A stretch of 59,439 nucleotides of DNA, the filler included, from Platydemus manokwari (taxonomy: Eukaryota): the NCBI GenBank assembly GCA_037951405.1. It is 5 parts of 5 records of this genome, joined end to end, with 100 filler letters (N's around TTAATTAATTAA, not from the genome) between each part and the next. Parts side by side here need not be neighbours in the genome. Positions count along the whole stretch, not along the records: positions 19,969 to 31,015 come from JBBMOY010946640.1; positions 31,116 to 47,021 come from JBBMOY011226987.1; 3 more parts are not named here. One strand, 5' to 3'. Positions 26,307-39,399 of the stretch are shown one piece after another. Position 1 is the first letter of the stretch, and each line of letters starts with the position of its first letter. Under the pieces are notes generated by a model. That model worked only from the letters and a program-made list of their open reading frames with translations, was not told where the DNA came from and did no database searches. The position numbers and the translations under genes were made by a program.

Positions 26307-29300
26307 ATGTATTATTCTCAGAAGTATAATTATTTAAATTTAAAATACATTTTATTAATTTTTAAGGTCACTTAATAATAGAAATGTAGGAAATGAATTA
26401 AGTACCACCGAGCAATTATTGTTTTTTGTCTTCAATAACTTAGATCAAGATTTATTAGATTTCATTGATACAAAGGTTAAAATATCTAGTTTATAATGTT
26501 TCTTAAAAATTTATTGTTTCCAGTCACCATTGTGCCTTTACACGTGGATATGTGGTCAACATTTAATCAGTATAGCATCTGACCCAGTTTACCATAAGTC
26601 ATATATGTGCCTTTTAAAATATTTTCGTGCTTACAATGTGGCAGATAGTCAACACGCAGAAATGTGTTCATGTATGAAGATTGATCTCAATCGTTTTGAC
26701 GGTTGTGGAATAACTCCGTTTTTAAAATCATTACCTTGCAATTATGAAATTCTTCGCATTCAAGTAGAAATGGGAGCGAATTTAAAATTGGTAATCGTTG
26801 ATATTTTTTTCATTTTAATTAAAAAAATATTATCAATGATTTGAATATTTTTATTACGATGCCTCTAATCTTGATTAGAATTCATTTCCAGTGTTAATAT
26901 TTGTTATATTTATGCTTTATTTATTGAAAAAAAAAATTTCGAGAATTTTAATTCATTCTAATAAATATTTTTTAAAAAATTTTGAATATTTAAAGTGAAC
27001 TATTGTGAATAAGTTTGACAATTTAACTACAAAGGTTTCGTATTTAGCCTCCTCGTTGTTCATCATATCTGAACATCAATCCAGTTTTTGCCTATATGAA
27101 ATATCTAGTAACTCAAGTTTACAATTTAAAAATTGACGAAATCGATGTGGAATCCTGTTTATCATTTATATTTGGTTTTGGACTCGATCCGAACTATGTG
27201 CCAGTAAATATTTGTTCCAATTTAATGGTTTTGTTTTCAATTGCAGCTGATATCTGTGTGCAGGTGAGAAAATTATATTCTCAAAAATGGATATTTTATT
27301 ATTTATTTATTTTAATTAAATAATTTTAATATGTTTATCTGACTAAATATAATTTTTAAAATAAACTTAACCTAAACTAAGCGACAACACGTGGTTGCTG
27401 GAATATTAGGCCTGACCATCTTTAAGCCTCCAGTGGCACAAGAAGTCTCTTACGTCGAAGGCATATGAGTCGACCATCAAATTAATTCTAGCTTACCAAA
27501 ATCAAATGCAATAGAATCAGAAATAATAACCTATTTATTTATTGTGTTCTAATAATGGCCAATCATTTATTTTTGCTTATCGTATTAATCAAATTTATAG
27601 AAATAACCTTGAAATTATATTTTATTATTATTTTTTATTTATATTTAAAGCGTCATTTACTAAAAAAACAACATCCATTATTATAATTATTATTAGCATT
27701 TGAAATTAAATCATCAACAAGCCCTTAATCATTATCACTCTACTATTTTTTGAGCTGCTTTATATTATTCAATCCATCTTAAAAATCATACTACTCACAA
27801 AAAAGTAATAATATTTACTTTGAATATAACCATATTTTCCTTTTCAATTACTAATCGAACAAATAAGTATTTTTAGTTTTATGAATTTTGTCTTTTATTC
27901 TAATGTTATAACTTGTGATTAAAAATTTTCTTGATTTGTATAATTTCAATAAAATCTTGTTCGTAGAAAAATACTCTGATTAAAATAGCTTCTAGTAAAG
28001 ATAAAGTCGCACTAGAACATATAAAATTGTTAACAACTCGTTTTTAGTTTTAATCTAAGCTTAATTTAGTAATTTATTGTTAATATCGGTTTTTATTCAT
28101 AAATCATTCAAGAAAATTAAAAATATTCTAACAGATTTATGCACAATGTGTACGAAATTTTACTTTATTCGATAATTTGTAAGGATTCTAGTTCTCTAGT
28201 GTAACGCGGTTTTTATTTTTCCACAAGTAGTTGTCTCTATTGTATAAATCATTACGTTCGTTCTTTCAGTCTTTTTGATAAATATATCCGTAATATATGG
28301 AGTAAACCTGTTTTTATGAAATGTATTGTAACCTCTTTTAAACAATTTTTTCAAGAAACCTTAACTTGTACCGAGTACCTCTCGCCACTTATAAATATTA
28401 TGTTTGTATTATGATTTCTACTTTATCAATATTATAAATAAAAACAAAAAAAACATGCTTTTTTGGACCTCATTTCACAGAAAAACCATCGCATTAAGTG
28501 GTTAAAGCATGATGTGCATATTATTATTTACCATTTTCAAGATCTATTATCAAAGAAATGATTAAACCACAAAGAGAGACCCCATAGTAAGAAATTTTGA
28601 TGTACAGTTTCAATATGTAAAGAACTTCTGATAATTAGAATTAGACTTTAGCAGTATTGAAAAGATATTGAAACAATCAAACATGTGATAAGTAGAACCA
28701 ATTCAAATAAATGTATTGTTGGAAATAGTTTGAGAGATTTTTAAAAATATTTATCGGAATAAATATTGTATTCAAAACTGAATAATAATAACTTTTTTTA
28801 CTTCATTTCTCTATCTTAGAGTGACTTTAAGAACCAAGAGACAAAAATATCATTCCTCAACTATCTTGATAGAGTTTTAAATGTTCTATTGAATGCTGGA
28901 TTAGACCCAACTGTACGTAATAACAATAACAAATTGTCGTATGAGGTCCATGGAGATGGATTGTTTGATTTCATATTTATGCTGAAATATCCAATTGATG
29001 AAATCAGCATTGAACATATTTGTAGGTGGATTATTAAATTGATCCAATATGGTTGTAATCCAGAAGAGGAAATGCGTTCCAAATGCCGGGACCTACTTAA
29101 GTTTAAACTTATCTCAAACAAGCCCAACATTGTGAGACTGTGACAGTCTTGAAATGAAAATAATTGAGATATTTATTTAGGCCATTTCTATATTCTATTA
29201 CGTTATCCATGAATTATTTGATGATGATTTTGCCAAATCACCTTATATACAAAGAATCAATGATGTTCTGAGCTCGCTTACTTCTCAAAGGTCGAAAAAT

Positions 29301-29492
29301 TTAATAATTTCTTATTTCAAGAAGACGTATTCAGATTCGATATTTGGATATTTTTTTGATATTCAACCGAGATCATTGAAATATCTTGCTCGTTTTGGTG
29401 TAGCACAGGACACACTTCATAACAGGTTGTTGAATATTGATAAATTTGACATTCCTGGAAACTTGATCCAATATGTAAAGGAATTGAAATGA
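26307..29492 (+). CDS. Ankyrin-repeat and SOCS-box protein (ASB-like), 6 exons, about 410 aa
   Basis: Phase-compatible exons 26307-26323, 26367-26475, 26524-26790, 27048-27263, 28820-29131 and 29181-29492, all with GT-AG introns. Ankyrin-like DLNRFDGCGITPF..NYEILRIQVEMGANL, GLDPN and LLNAGLDPTVRN. C-terminal SOCS box QPRSLKYLAR...IDKFDIPGNLIQYV. Confidence 0.82.
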
Positions 29493-31015
29493 TTCAGTTT
29501 GAAATATATTATGTATTTGGCTTCTTTTATTGGATAATGTAATTGTTGTGATTATATCATAAAGTAGGAATCACTTAAAAAGGCAACTATCTATTTCGAT
29601 TATAATTACTATCAACTATTGTCAAAAATTAGTTGATTCACGTTTTCTGGTAAAAGACTCCGATATGTTACCTTTATAAATACTCAAAAATGAAACAAAA
29701 TACACTTCTGATAATGGATTTAACATAAAATGTAATTACAAGGATTTAATTGTTAATAAAAATATTTTTTTTCTAAGAATAATTTAAAATCTTATTTTTT
29801 TTTATTTGTTATACTTCTTCAACTTACTTATACTCATGTCATTGACCCATTTTCTGCTCGTGTATTTTCTATGTATCTACCAATTTAAATTCATAATTCT
29901 GTTCTTTTTGGAGGAAACCATAACAAAAAATGGTATATAAGAAGGCAAAATTTTAGAACAAAATGCCACAAAGTTACTTGAAAAGCGAACTTCAATCTGG
30001 TATATTAAAACACAAATTTCCAGAACAGTTATCGTTTAACCAGAAACTACTACGACACAACACGAACCGACATAAACTCCCGTACAGCCGATTTATCCTT
30101 ATAGGTCCATTTTTTTTAATAAGCTTAATCCTATTTGATACCACTACTGTCTTAATCAGTCTCTAAGAGTTCTTGATTAAGGTCACAGGTCTAATATACC
30201 TTATATTGTTGTTTTTTCACCCCGCACAGCCTCATTGTATGATGACAATAGGTGTGGCAGTAGCGATATATTTTACTAATACTAATTATCAGTCTCAAAA
30301 CTACAAATTCCTATTTTAAATTGTTAACTATGTTGATTACCACAATTACAAATTATCAGTTATGATTCTTATATGAATGAAAACTAAAATTTGTTGTTAC
30401 AAATATTTATTAATAAGACACCAATACACAAAAATTGTTTAAATAATAATAGAATAAAATTACAGATAAGTTTGGAACTACAATATAAATCAAATTACAC
30501 TAACAAGAAAACCATACAACTTACAGAATTAAGACGGTTAATAAACTGCACTCTCTTGCAGCAAAACATATTATTAACATCAAGATCTTCGAGCAACAAA
30601 CTCTATAATATGAGATACAAGATACAGTATATAATATAGATCAGTAGTTTAAATGGACGGTCTTACATCGGTTCTTCCAGTAAGTGCCGGGCATATACAA
30701 GGGAATTGATTTTCAGCACCAGACGATCTTCTTAAGTGCGTTGAAATTGAACGATGGATCCACTCCAATTGATGTGACGATAATAACGGCAGTGACCAAA
30801 TTCGTCTAATAATTTGTTGAGAATATGTGTCAGTGAAAATAATGGCAGTGTTGATTGAAATTACTGCCTTATATAGGCAGCATGATTCACTCGCAGATAT
30901 TGTCTGTGATTAAATTTAATGCCAATGAATTTATTCATTGGTGAGAGAAATTCTCTCTAAATAAATTTATTAGGCAGAGAAAATATCTCTCGATTAAATT
31001 TAATCGAGTGATATA

Positions 31016-31115
31016 NNNNNNNNNNNNNNNNNNNNNNNNNNNNNNNNNNNNNNNNNNNNTTAATTAATTAANNNNNNNNNNNNNNNNNNNNNNNNNNNNN
31101 NNNNNNNNNNNNNNN
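31016..31115. other. Assembly gap with TTAATTAATTAA linker
   Basis: 44N-linker-44N. Confidence 0.97.
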
Positions 31116-31599
31116 TTATCGGAAGAATCTCTATCTTGTGGCCGCCAGCAACTATGAGCAATTATTAAATTGTTTATTAAATATTATTTTATATATTACT
31201 TGATTTTTTATTTATTTTTTAAATTTTAAATATATTGATTAAATATTATTTTATATATTAATTGTTTTGTCTGCATCCCGGATAACAGGAAAGTACCTGG
31301 TTTAGAATATGTTAAGTAAATTATATAACTGCTGCCAGCTAGTAGGAGAGTACTAAAGTGAATTACGTAATGGCATTAATTTAGAGTCAGTGCTAGTGTG
31401 TATCTGAAATGGTTTTTAAATAATTTGGAGTTGAAGAATTATCATAGAAATTAATGCCAAATCGATAGGATAGAGGCTTCAAATTTGATAAACTAATTGA
31501 AGAAAATTGATATCAGAATATTTTTTAAAGAATCAATGATTGATTTTCTCTGATGCTCACATTGACTATTTCCTTGCCATCAACTCATTGATGTATTTG

Positions 31600-31880
31600 T
31601 GATGTGATGTTTCTATCCCGAAAAGACTTTTGATTTTATCGCTTTAATCTGCGATTGAAAAATCCAGGACGAAAAACAGTCTTTACATGTTAGTTTGTAA
31701 TGGCCAAATGAGTTTATTAATGTTTTAATTACTTTCATTAAGCTTTCCCCATGTTTGTTATTCCATTTTATTGACGGATTATCCATGAAGACTGTCACGA
31801 CAGATTCTTTCAATGGTATTGGATAAACAGTAAGTACTCTGAAAATTAATTAAGGGACAATGCATATCACTGGTGAGTCT
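31600..31880 (-). mobile_element. Possible IS630/Tc1-type transposase fragment
   Basis: VTVFMDNPSI followed by LINSFGH..DCFSSW loosely resembles IVMDNA.IH...E..FS.W. The intervening LPPYSP motif is missing. Confidence 0.3.
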
Positions 31881-32329
31881 TGTGTTCTTGTCAATAACAC
31901 CCGTCTCTATTTTTCATTTAAATTGGAACTCGATTATTATAACCTATTCGGTTTCTTGTAGAAATATGATTGAATCTGATCGGAATAAATTAAAATGATT
32001 TATTTATAACTAAATAAAGCTCAGAACAACCTATAAATACAAGTCACTATTCATAATTTTTCGTACTGGTACAGTCAATTTAACGTTACGGTAGTTATTT
32101 CATGTCAATTATAGTTAGTGATTTTGTGAGATAATTCGAACCGTAATAAGTATAAATACTATTATAAAAATACAACATCTCATTGTAATTTTATTAAAGT
32201 TTTGTTTGAAGTCTTTCTTAAAATATCTAATAATAAAGAATGATAATAAAAACACAAAACTATAACAGAAAATTCAATTCAAAAAATAAAGATATTATAG
32301 AAAATAAGGATAAAGATTAAAAAAAAAAC

Positions 32330-32700
32330 TTTAAGCAAATTTCAAAAACCCTACATTTTTGCAGGTATTTCATTAAAACCAGCGGTATTGGAATAATAAA
32401 CCTATCATTTGTTTGACAAAACATTTTACAATAGACAATAATAAATTACAAAATAATATTGTTGCGTGGTGTTGTAATTAGAATAGAAGCTTGGTTTAAC
32501 AGTCCTGTTTTGTCTATATTCGACATCTTAAAAAGTGTGATTTTCAACTTTAATTCATGAATAAATCGAACTTCAGAAAATGTCAAAAGATATCTAGTAA
32601 AAATAATTATTATATAAAATATGCCGATATCATGATTTATTATTTCCATTCCAAAGTCGTGGTGTGATAATCTTACAGGCAAAAATCTCAGTAGAAAGAT
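32330..32700 (-). mobile_element. 3' LINE fragment, same family as 16170-16480
   Basis: LFKMSNIDKTGLLNQASILIT aligns with LFRMPKIDKAELLNQVSIRIP, followed by FCQTN..IPI..FNEIP. Confidence 0.5.
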
Positions 32701-34323
32701 CAAATTAACATTTCTAGTATTATTTTATATTTAATTGGTGTAGGCTAAAGCCAGATCAATTATTTACAAGTATTATTGCATGTTTTACAGATGCCTTCCA
32801 AACTTTTCTTATCAATATATGCCTTCATCAATTTCTAAAAACGCTAAATTTAAAAGCACAGTACTGAACAAAAATTCTAATCTAAAATTAAAATTTTTCA
32901 TGAAAATAAATTTTTGCATGAAATCGAAACAAAATAACCAGAACTTTAAATTATAAAATTAACTTATACGAGAAATTTATCATGGTGAAGTTAGGCCGAA
33001 GGGCCCCTTTTCTTAATTTATGCCCCTTAATTAAATAATCATAAATTATAACTGTTAGAAAATCTTTATTTAAGGAAAAGAAATGTATAACAACTCAGAA
33101 AAATCACTTTGCGAGCAGAAGCAACACTTAATAAACAATACATTATTTTATAACTGATAAAATTTTTATCGAAAATTTTAAACTTGAAAATGTGTGCCTG
33201 CTTCTGTTGATAAACAAAACAAATGTTATTTTGTTTTCAATAATATATAATTCTCAAATATTATGGCAGTCATGTTATTGTTGACAACTCAGTATTTAAA
33301 ACCCCCAAATTTAAGCTATAATTTAAAACTATGCCTGACTTACGAAACGTCAACAATTTGCATGATATTTGTGTGATTTTTTAAAGTAAAATCAAAATTT
33401 GTGAAAATTCTATATTTATTGTAAATGAATTTTTAGTTTCCATGAAGGTAAACAATACACAAAATTTATTTATTATATTATCAAAGAAAATCACTAAACA
33501 ACAAAATATATCAAAATGAACTTAATAGAAGATCCTCATAGAATAACGATCTTTAACGTAAATCAGCAAAACTAAGTTCTCTAAGGCTTGCAACAAGTTT
33601 TTCATTAAAAATATAAATGATAAGCAGGATTGAGAATAATAAGGTAATTAAATACAACAAGAACTCGCCCATTTTCTTTTAATTTCATATTTCGTTTCAT
33701 AATTTCGTTACACTTCAGATAAAAGAAATGAAGATTTTTTACGATTTATTTCTGTTAACCACGAATAATCAGATCTTCTTGAAATTTAATCCCAGAGAAT
33801 AAATTGATAATTTTTCTCCGTTATCTTGGGATTTAACTTACAAGAGATAGATTATAGTTAATGGAATTTTTATTGAGTTCGTTAGATATCTGTTTCCCAC
33901 ATAACATTCATGACCTTTAAGGCGTTTATGTTTTAAATATTTTTCCAATGAGAACTTACCAACTTATTTTTTGTCTTCAAAATTCCCAACTAAAATACTA
34001 CGAAAATATATTTAAAGTAAGATAGTTATTGGAAGCTTTATAATTTTATTTAAGTCGATAAGTCTGTTTGATACAGATCACGTCAAAATAGTAAAAATAT
34101 TTAAAATTTTTCAATGAGTTAAGCATTAAAATTCTTTGAATATAGAAATAAATCTGATCAAAAATATAAAAATAGCTTAAATTGTAACTATAAATAGAAC
34201 AAATAAAAATACAGTTTTAAAATAATAAATAACTATATTGAAAAATAGAATAAAAACAATCCAAAGAATTCCAGATAACAAAATGAATTTATGAAATCAT
34301 CAGAAAAAACAAATATCTCAGTC

Positions 34324-35497
34324 TCAATCGGTGAGATATTCTCCGCCACAATCAATCACTTCTTGCCACTGGTCTGGCAGTTTGTCAATTCCCACGTTTG
34401 AAGAAGCTTTGTGATTTTTGGTATAAAGTACTTCAATCGAAGTTGTTACTGCTTCTTCATTCTTAAATGTGAGACCAGAAATTTGGTTCGACATGCACCT
34501 GAAAAGATGAAAATCTGTTGAGTCTAAGTCGGGCAAATATGAATGATGGGGAAGATCGTTCCACCTTAACTCTTTAATAGCCAATTTTGTCACTGTGGTG
34601 ATATGAGTCCGAGCATTGGCATGCTGTAAAATTATCTGCTTCTTATTGATTCTCTCGCTTGAGTTGTTCACAATCAAGTTTGGCATTTATTGTTTGACTT
34701 CTTGGGAAGATATCGTAATGAATAACATCGGCTAGGTCCCACAATACGCACAACAAGCTTTTGCGTTGGTGAAGTTTGGGTTTTGCAAGTGGTTGTGGTT
34801 GCTTTTGAGGACTTACCCTACCATTGTTGTGCTTCAAATTTACTTACCGGCATCATTTCTCATCACCTGTAACCATCCTGGAAAGGGAATATTGATGTTG
34901 CTGCACAGCAGATTGATGACGAACGAGTAAAGATGCAGAAATCGAAACACGTTGATTTTTGTGACTTACTTTAAGAAGGTGAGCTATCCATGATCAAAGA
35001 TATTGAACTTTTCCTATTTTCTTGGGATGTGGAGAAATAGTATTGTGATCACAATTCATAACTTGTCCCAGCACTCGAATCCATTGAAGCGGATAATCAT
35101 AAATCAATTGATTCAAACAGTCTTCATCAAAGCCACTAAATCGGCCTGTAAGAAGTGCGTCTTTAACATCTAAATTTCCACTTTTAAATATCGAAAACCA
35201 TTGTTGTGATGTTCATTCACTGGTTGCCCTTTCTCCATAAACGCAACAAATAATTCTGGTGGCTTCTGCAGTGTTTAAATTATGATTGAAATAGAAAAAG
35301 AGTAGATGCTACAAATTTTCATTTTTATGTACCTGACAATGCATTTTAATGAGGGTAATGAAATTGAAAGTCAATCTAAAATGATTTAAATAGATAATTC
35401 AGCTGAATGAATATAATTCAAACCCGTTAAAACATGAAGTTGGTGTGTTTTCTTAGCAACAAATAAAACCGCAAGAAATTGATACACCAACCCAATA
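34324..35497 (-). mobile_element. Mariner (DD34D, mellifera-like) transposon pseudogene with one surviving TIR
   Basis: ATG at 35344: MHCQVHKNENL*HLLFFYFN..AEATRIICCVYGE..WFSIFKSG; MVTGDEK*; LHQRKSLLCVLWD; QHANARTH (HDNARPH); SYLPDLDSTDFHLF; WQEVIDCGGEY. The 5' TIR TATTGGGTTGGTGTATCAATTTC lies at about 35475-35497. No matching 3' TIR was found. Confidence 0.92.
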
Positions 35498-36350
35498 ATA
35501 ATCTTTCAAATTAATCAATATATTATCCGGAATTTGCCATAATATTTTAACATGAATTCATTTTTTAGGGACGATACTCGATATCGAATAATTTATAAAT
35601 AAAACCACACAAATTTTTGCACCAACCAAATCTAAAGCAACCAACCAAGCTACTACAAAGGGCCTAAAAATAGAATGTAGTTCGTGATTTTCGAAGACAA
35701 GAAATTTTCAAAACCAAGTGGAAATCAATTGATTTTAAAATTGATAAGTGTAATATCGTTGTAATCGGTTTAATTAGAATCAGGTATTTTACTAAATCGA
35801 TATGTTTCTGATAATCATAATTTTGAAATTTAAACCGCTCATATTAATCTTTCTAAATAAGTTATGTCTTTATTCATAACTATGGCTTTAGAACATTGAT
35901 TTTGCAACACCTAATACGATGGTCTGCCGTTTTTAAAATTTTTCAATTCCAACAAAAGGTGTACCCACTAAAAAATTTGGAATTGGTTTCTACTGACATA
36001 TATCGAAGATATCATTTACTTAATAATTTGTTTATGTATATATTTGAATCCTCGTCCATTTATTTCACAATTACATTTCGTGTTTTGATATTAATGTATC
36101 TCATGAAAGACATTATATTTTGTTATTATTTTTATAAGTTGCCAATTTTTTTTCATCCGCGAAATTTAAGTGAGAAGTCATGTTTTTATCAAACAATAAT
36201 ATATTTATTATTACATCAATTTCCAAACAACTTCTAAATTTTAAAACCTAGTTTTAAAATTTCGAAATTAAAATTTTTTCCATCAGATTTGTCTACATTT
36301 TTTATCGAATCATAAAGATTCCTACATTTTTATCTTACACCTTTTATTAA

Positions 36351-36910
36351 CACTAAACCTACCGACATATTATATATAACTATTTCTACAGATGGCGGTC
36401 AAATGACCGCTTTTGAAATAAACATGATAGTCTTTTCCAGTTGATTGTAATTAATACAGAATTTAGCATAAACAAAAAACACAAAATAATTATCATACCA
36501 TAATAAACAAACATTTAATTTCGAGCTTTAGGAATACATTTTTAGAATGAAGGCTCAAAACTGAAATCTATTAGATTTAGATTTTGTGCTGTACTTTCTA
36601 GCCATTTTATCCGTCATATCCACGCCAAATTTGGTGTTATTATAAAATTCAATTTGCCTTTTTCTTCAATTTTTATAAATTTAAGCTTTGAACTTAGTAA
36701 GAGAATTTTTTTGTTCGGTTTGCTTTTGTGAATTGTTAGACTACAATTATTTGACTTGTAAAGCTGCGTTGAAAAACCTGCCATTTTGTCTTTCTTTTCT
36801 TTTGCAATTTTGGGTAATTCGCTCTTATTCGAATAGTTCCTACTAAGGTAGTTCTTTTTGATAAAAGTTTTGTTGCTAAATTATCGGTGATTATATTTCG
36901 TCCGCACTTC
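36351..36910 (-). mobile_element. piggyBac transposase relic with one terminal end
   Basis: TTAA|CACTAAACCTACCG end at 36347-36364. Minus-strand GRNIITDN..KLLSKRTTLVGTIR and IEFYNNTKFGVDMTDKMARKYSTK are canonical piggyBac motifs. Confidence 0.88.
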
Positions 36911-38171
36911 ATTTTTTCATTTTTATTTTAATATTTTTCATGCTGAGAGTTTAACAGTATTGTTTAGCAAGTCCTTAGCTTTATAAATATTAATATGTTC
37001 AATTTAATTTTAACATAATTTTTAAATAATATTGATTTTATCTAATTTTTTTATTGCATTTTTAAAAGATGATCTTGTTGATTTTAAAATAAACCGTAAA
37101 ATTGTGTTTATTATATTTAAAAAAATATAGGGATTCTGTTATCAAATATCAGAATTCCTGGTTATCAGGAAAAATCGTACCTTTAATAAATAACCACGCA
37201 TTACAACAGATAACACATTTAGAAAATAACGACATCAACGTGAATGAACAATGTCTATTGTTTGTAAAATAAACATTTTTTATTGAATTCAGTAATCTAA
37301 CAGCCATATCGTTTTGTTGATCTTTCTTTTCGATGCCGACTCATAAGTTAAATCGAATATAAAACCAAATCAAAACCAATTCATCTCTCAGGCTTGGTTT
37401 AATTTGAATTTTATGAATAAACTCTATTGGTATCTGAAAAAGATATTTTTCAATTAATTTTTTTTTCAAAATAAAAATGAAATAACTGAAAAATATTGGA
37501 AAATATAATTTTTTTTTTAATTCAAATAGATAAATTAATAATATATTATTAAAATATTATCTTATTAATTAGATGAGAAGTATTTAAATATCCTAAAATA
37601 ATATCAAACAATGTTGAATATTTATCTGAATTTCATGAAATCTCTCGATTTTGAGTCAGGATTTCGATTAAGTCAAAAGATTGTCATAGTTTAAAATAAA
37701 GATTTTCTATTTTCATTTGTCGGATCGTTGTCCAAAATCATTCGGTTATTCTCATTCTTATTCAATTATTTTAATGAACACAATATTGACTTTGAGAAGT
37801 TATTATGGCTAGAGAATATTTCATTAGCCTTGTCGAATTAGAAATACAATCCATGAGATTCTTATCAATTTGAAAGATATTCCATTTTTCATTTCACTTT
37901 CAAATATCAATTTTTAAGTGGTTTTGATGATATATTTAATTTATGAATTTATTTATTTCATTTAATTTTCAAATTGACCTTTCTGTGATTAATTAGTTTT
38001 GAAACTGAGGTTTTTTTTGTTTGAGATACAAAATATTGAAGTACAAATTTTAACTGGGGCTTTTTTATGATTCACCACTTAGAATCAATAGGATTTGTTG
38101 AACTTAAATCATATTATTCTGACCTAAAAATGAATAAAAATTCAATGGATATCACTGACAGTTAAAGAAAC

Positions 38172-38794
38172 ACAGAGTCCGGTAAAAATTTTTTCTTTTT
38201 CTAAGTCGATGAAATCTTATAAAAATCTAAAAAAATACAATTTAAAACATTTATTTATGAATATGGCATGTGCAACTACACTAAAAGTGTTCTCAAACCA
38301 TAGCAGAGCCTAAACATGGTCTCCATCAGCTTCAATGACACTCTGGAAGTGACGTGTAAAATTTGGAAAGTCACTTGTGAGCTTGGCCACTCACGTTGAG
38401 TCCAAATATTGGCTAAAATCTTAGCTCATCTCTCTTGAATGAGTGAAGTTTTTTCGACTTCGATAGCAGTCGTAGTTCTTAAAGATAAAGCGAAACATGA
38501 AGTTTGTGTTGGATGAGTATGCCGGCTACTCTCATAGAGACATGCAGTGTTCTCAAGCCAAAGACGAATTAACTGTGCTGCGTGATGTCTGGCATTGTCC
38601 TGCTGAATGACCATATCCCAAGCAGGTAGTCTTGTTTGAAAGTTTAGGTATCTCTCAGCGTTGATGGATCCATCATCGTGAAGAATTTCGAAATACGGTG
38701 GTGATTTGGCATAGTTACGAGCAACAATAATCAGAACTTTGCGATAAGATATTGTTTGCCTAGTAATAATTAGACGATCACTGTATAGAATCAA
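38172..38794 (-). mobile_element. Tc1/mariner-superfamily transposase 3' fragment
   Basis: GSINAERY..MVIQQDNARHH..IRLWL and C-terminal QSVIEADGDHV*. A CAGAGTCCGG TIR-like end lies near 38172. Confidence 0.75.
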
Positions 38795-39399
38795 CCAATT
38801 TCGAAAAAATATTTTAATATAATTTTGTTCAGCATTTTTTTATTCATCAGCATTTATAATTTTTATCACTGAGTACCCCATCTTATTAATTACTTTCTAT
38901 TCAAATAAATACTTCCAGAATTTGGCAAATTATCTTTCATGCTTTAAATATTGATTTTCTGGAGAATGTAATTAAGTTTCTTTGAATTGTAATATTTTCC
39001 AGGCTCGATTTTTTCTGAAAGTCATTTCTTAGGCCTATGGGAAGAAAAATATTTTCACATTAAACTTTTTTATGCTGTAAAAGTATTGTTATGATTAGTA
39101 AAGAGAATAGAAATATAAATAGAAAAAGAAAATGTTTAGGTATTACTTATAAAGTTTTCAAATCCTTATATAAATAATGTTAGTAGTATCTATTTCTTTT
39201 AAATTTTAAAATTCGAAGTTTTGCGAAAAAATTATTAGTTAAACATATTTTTAAAATAAATTAATTTATTTGCATGACAACTTCAATTGTTATCATTCAA
39301 AATTAAAAAGCTTAAGTTAAGAAAAAGGATCCTTTGGCCCAATTTTAATGTATTGAGTTTTCGCGGGTTATTTGATATTAAAATTTATTTGCAATCATA

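Noticed and set aside
28480-28505. piggyBac-like end GCATTAAGTGG|TTAA in the ASB-like intron
   Set aside because: No partner TIR was found, so there is too little support to call an element.
28861-29130. Minus-strand 89-aa ORF (likewise 54489-54683, 6853-7092, 16793-17107)
   Set aside because: These are antisense shadows of real exons or TE ORFs with no independent motifs.
30655-30690. GACGGTCTTA resemblance to a flatworm spliced-leader exon
   Set aside because: Only about 10 nt match, with no terminal ATG-GT junction or Sm site.
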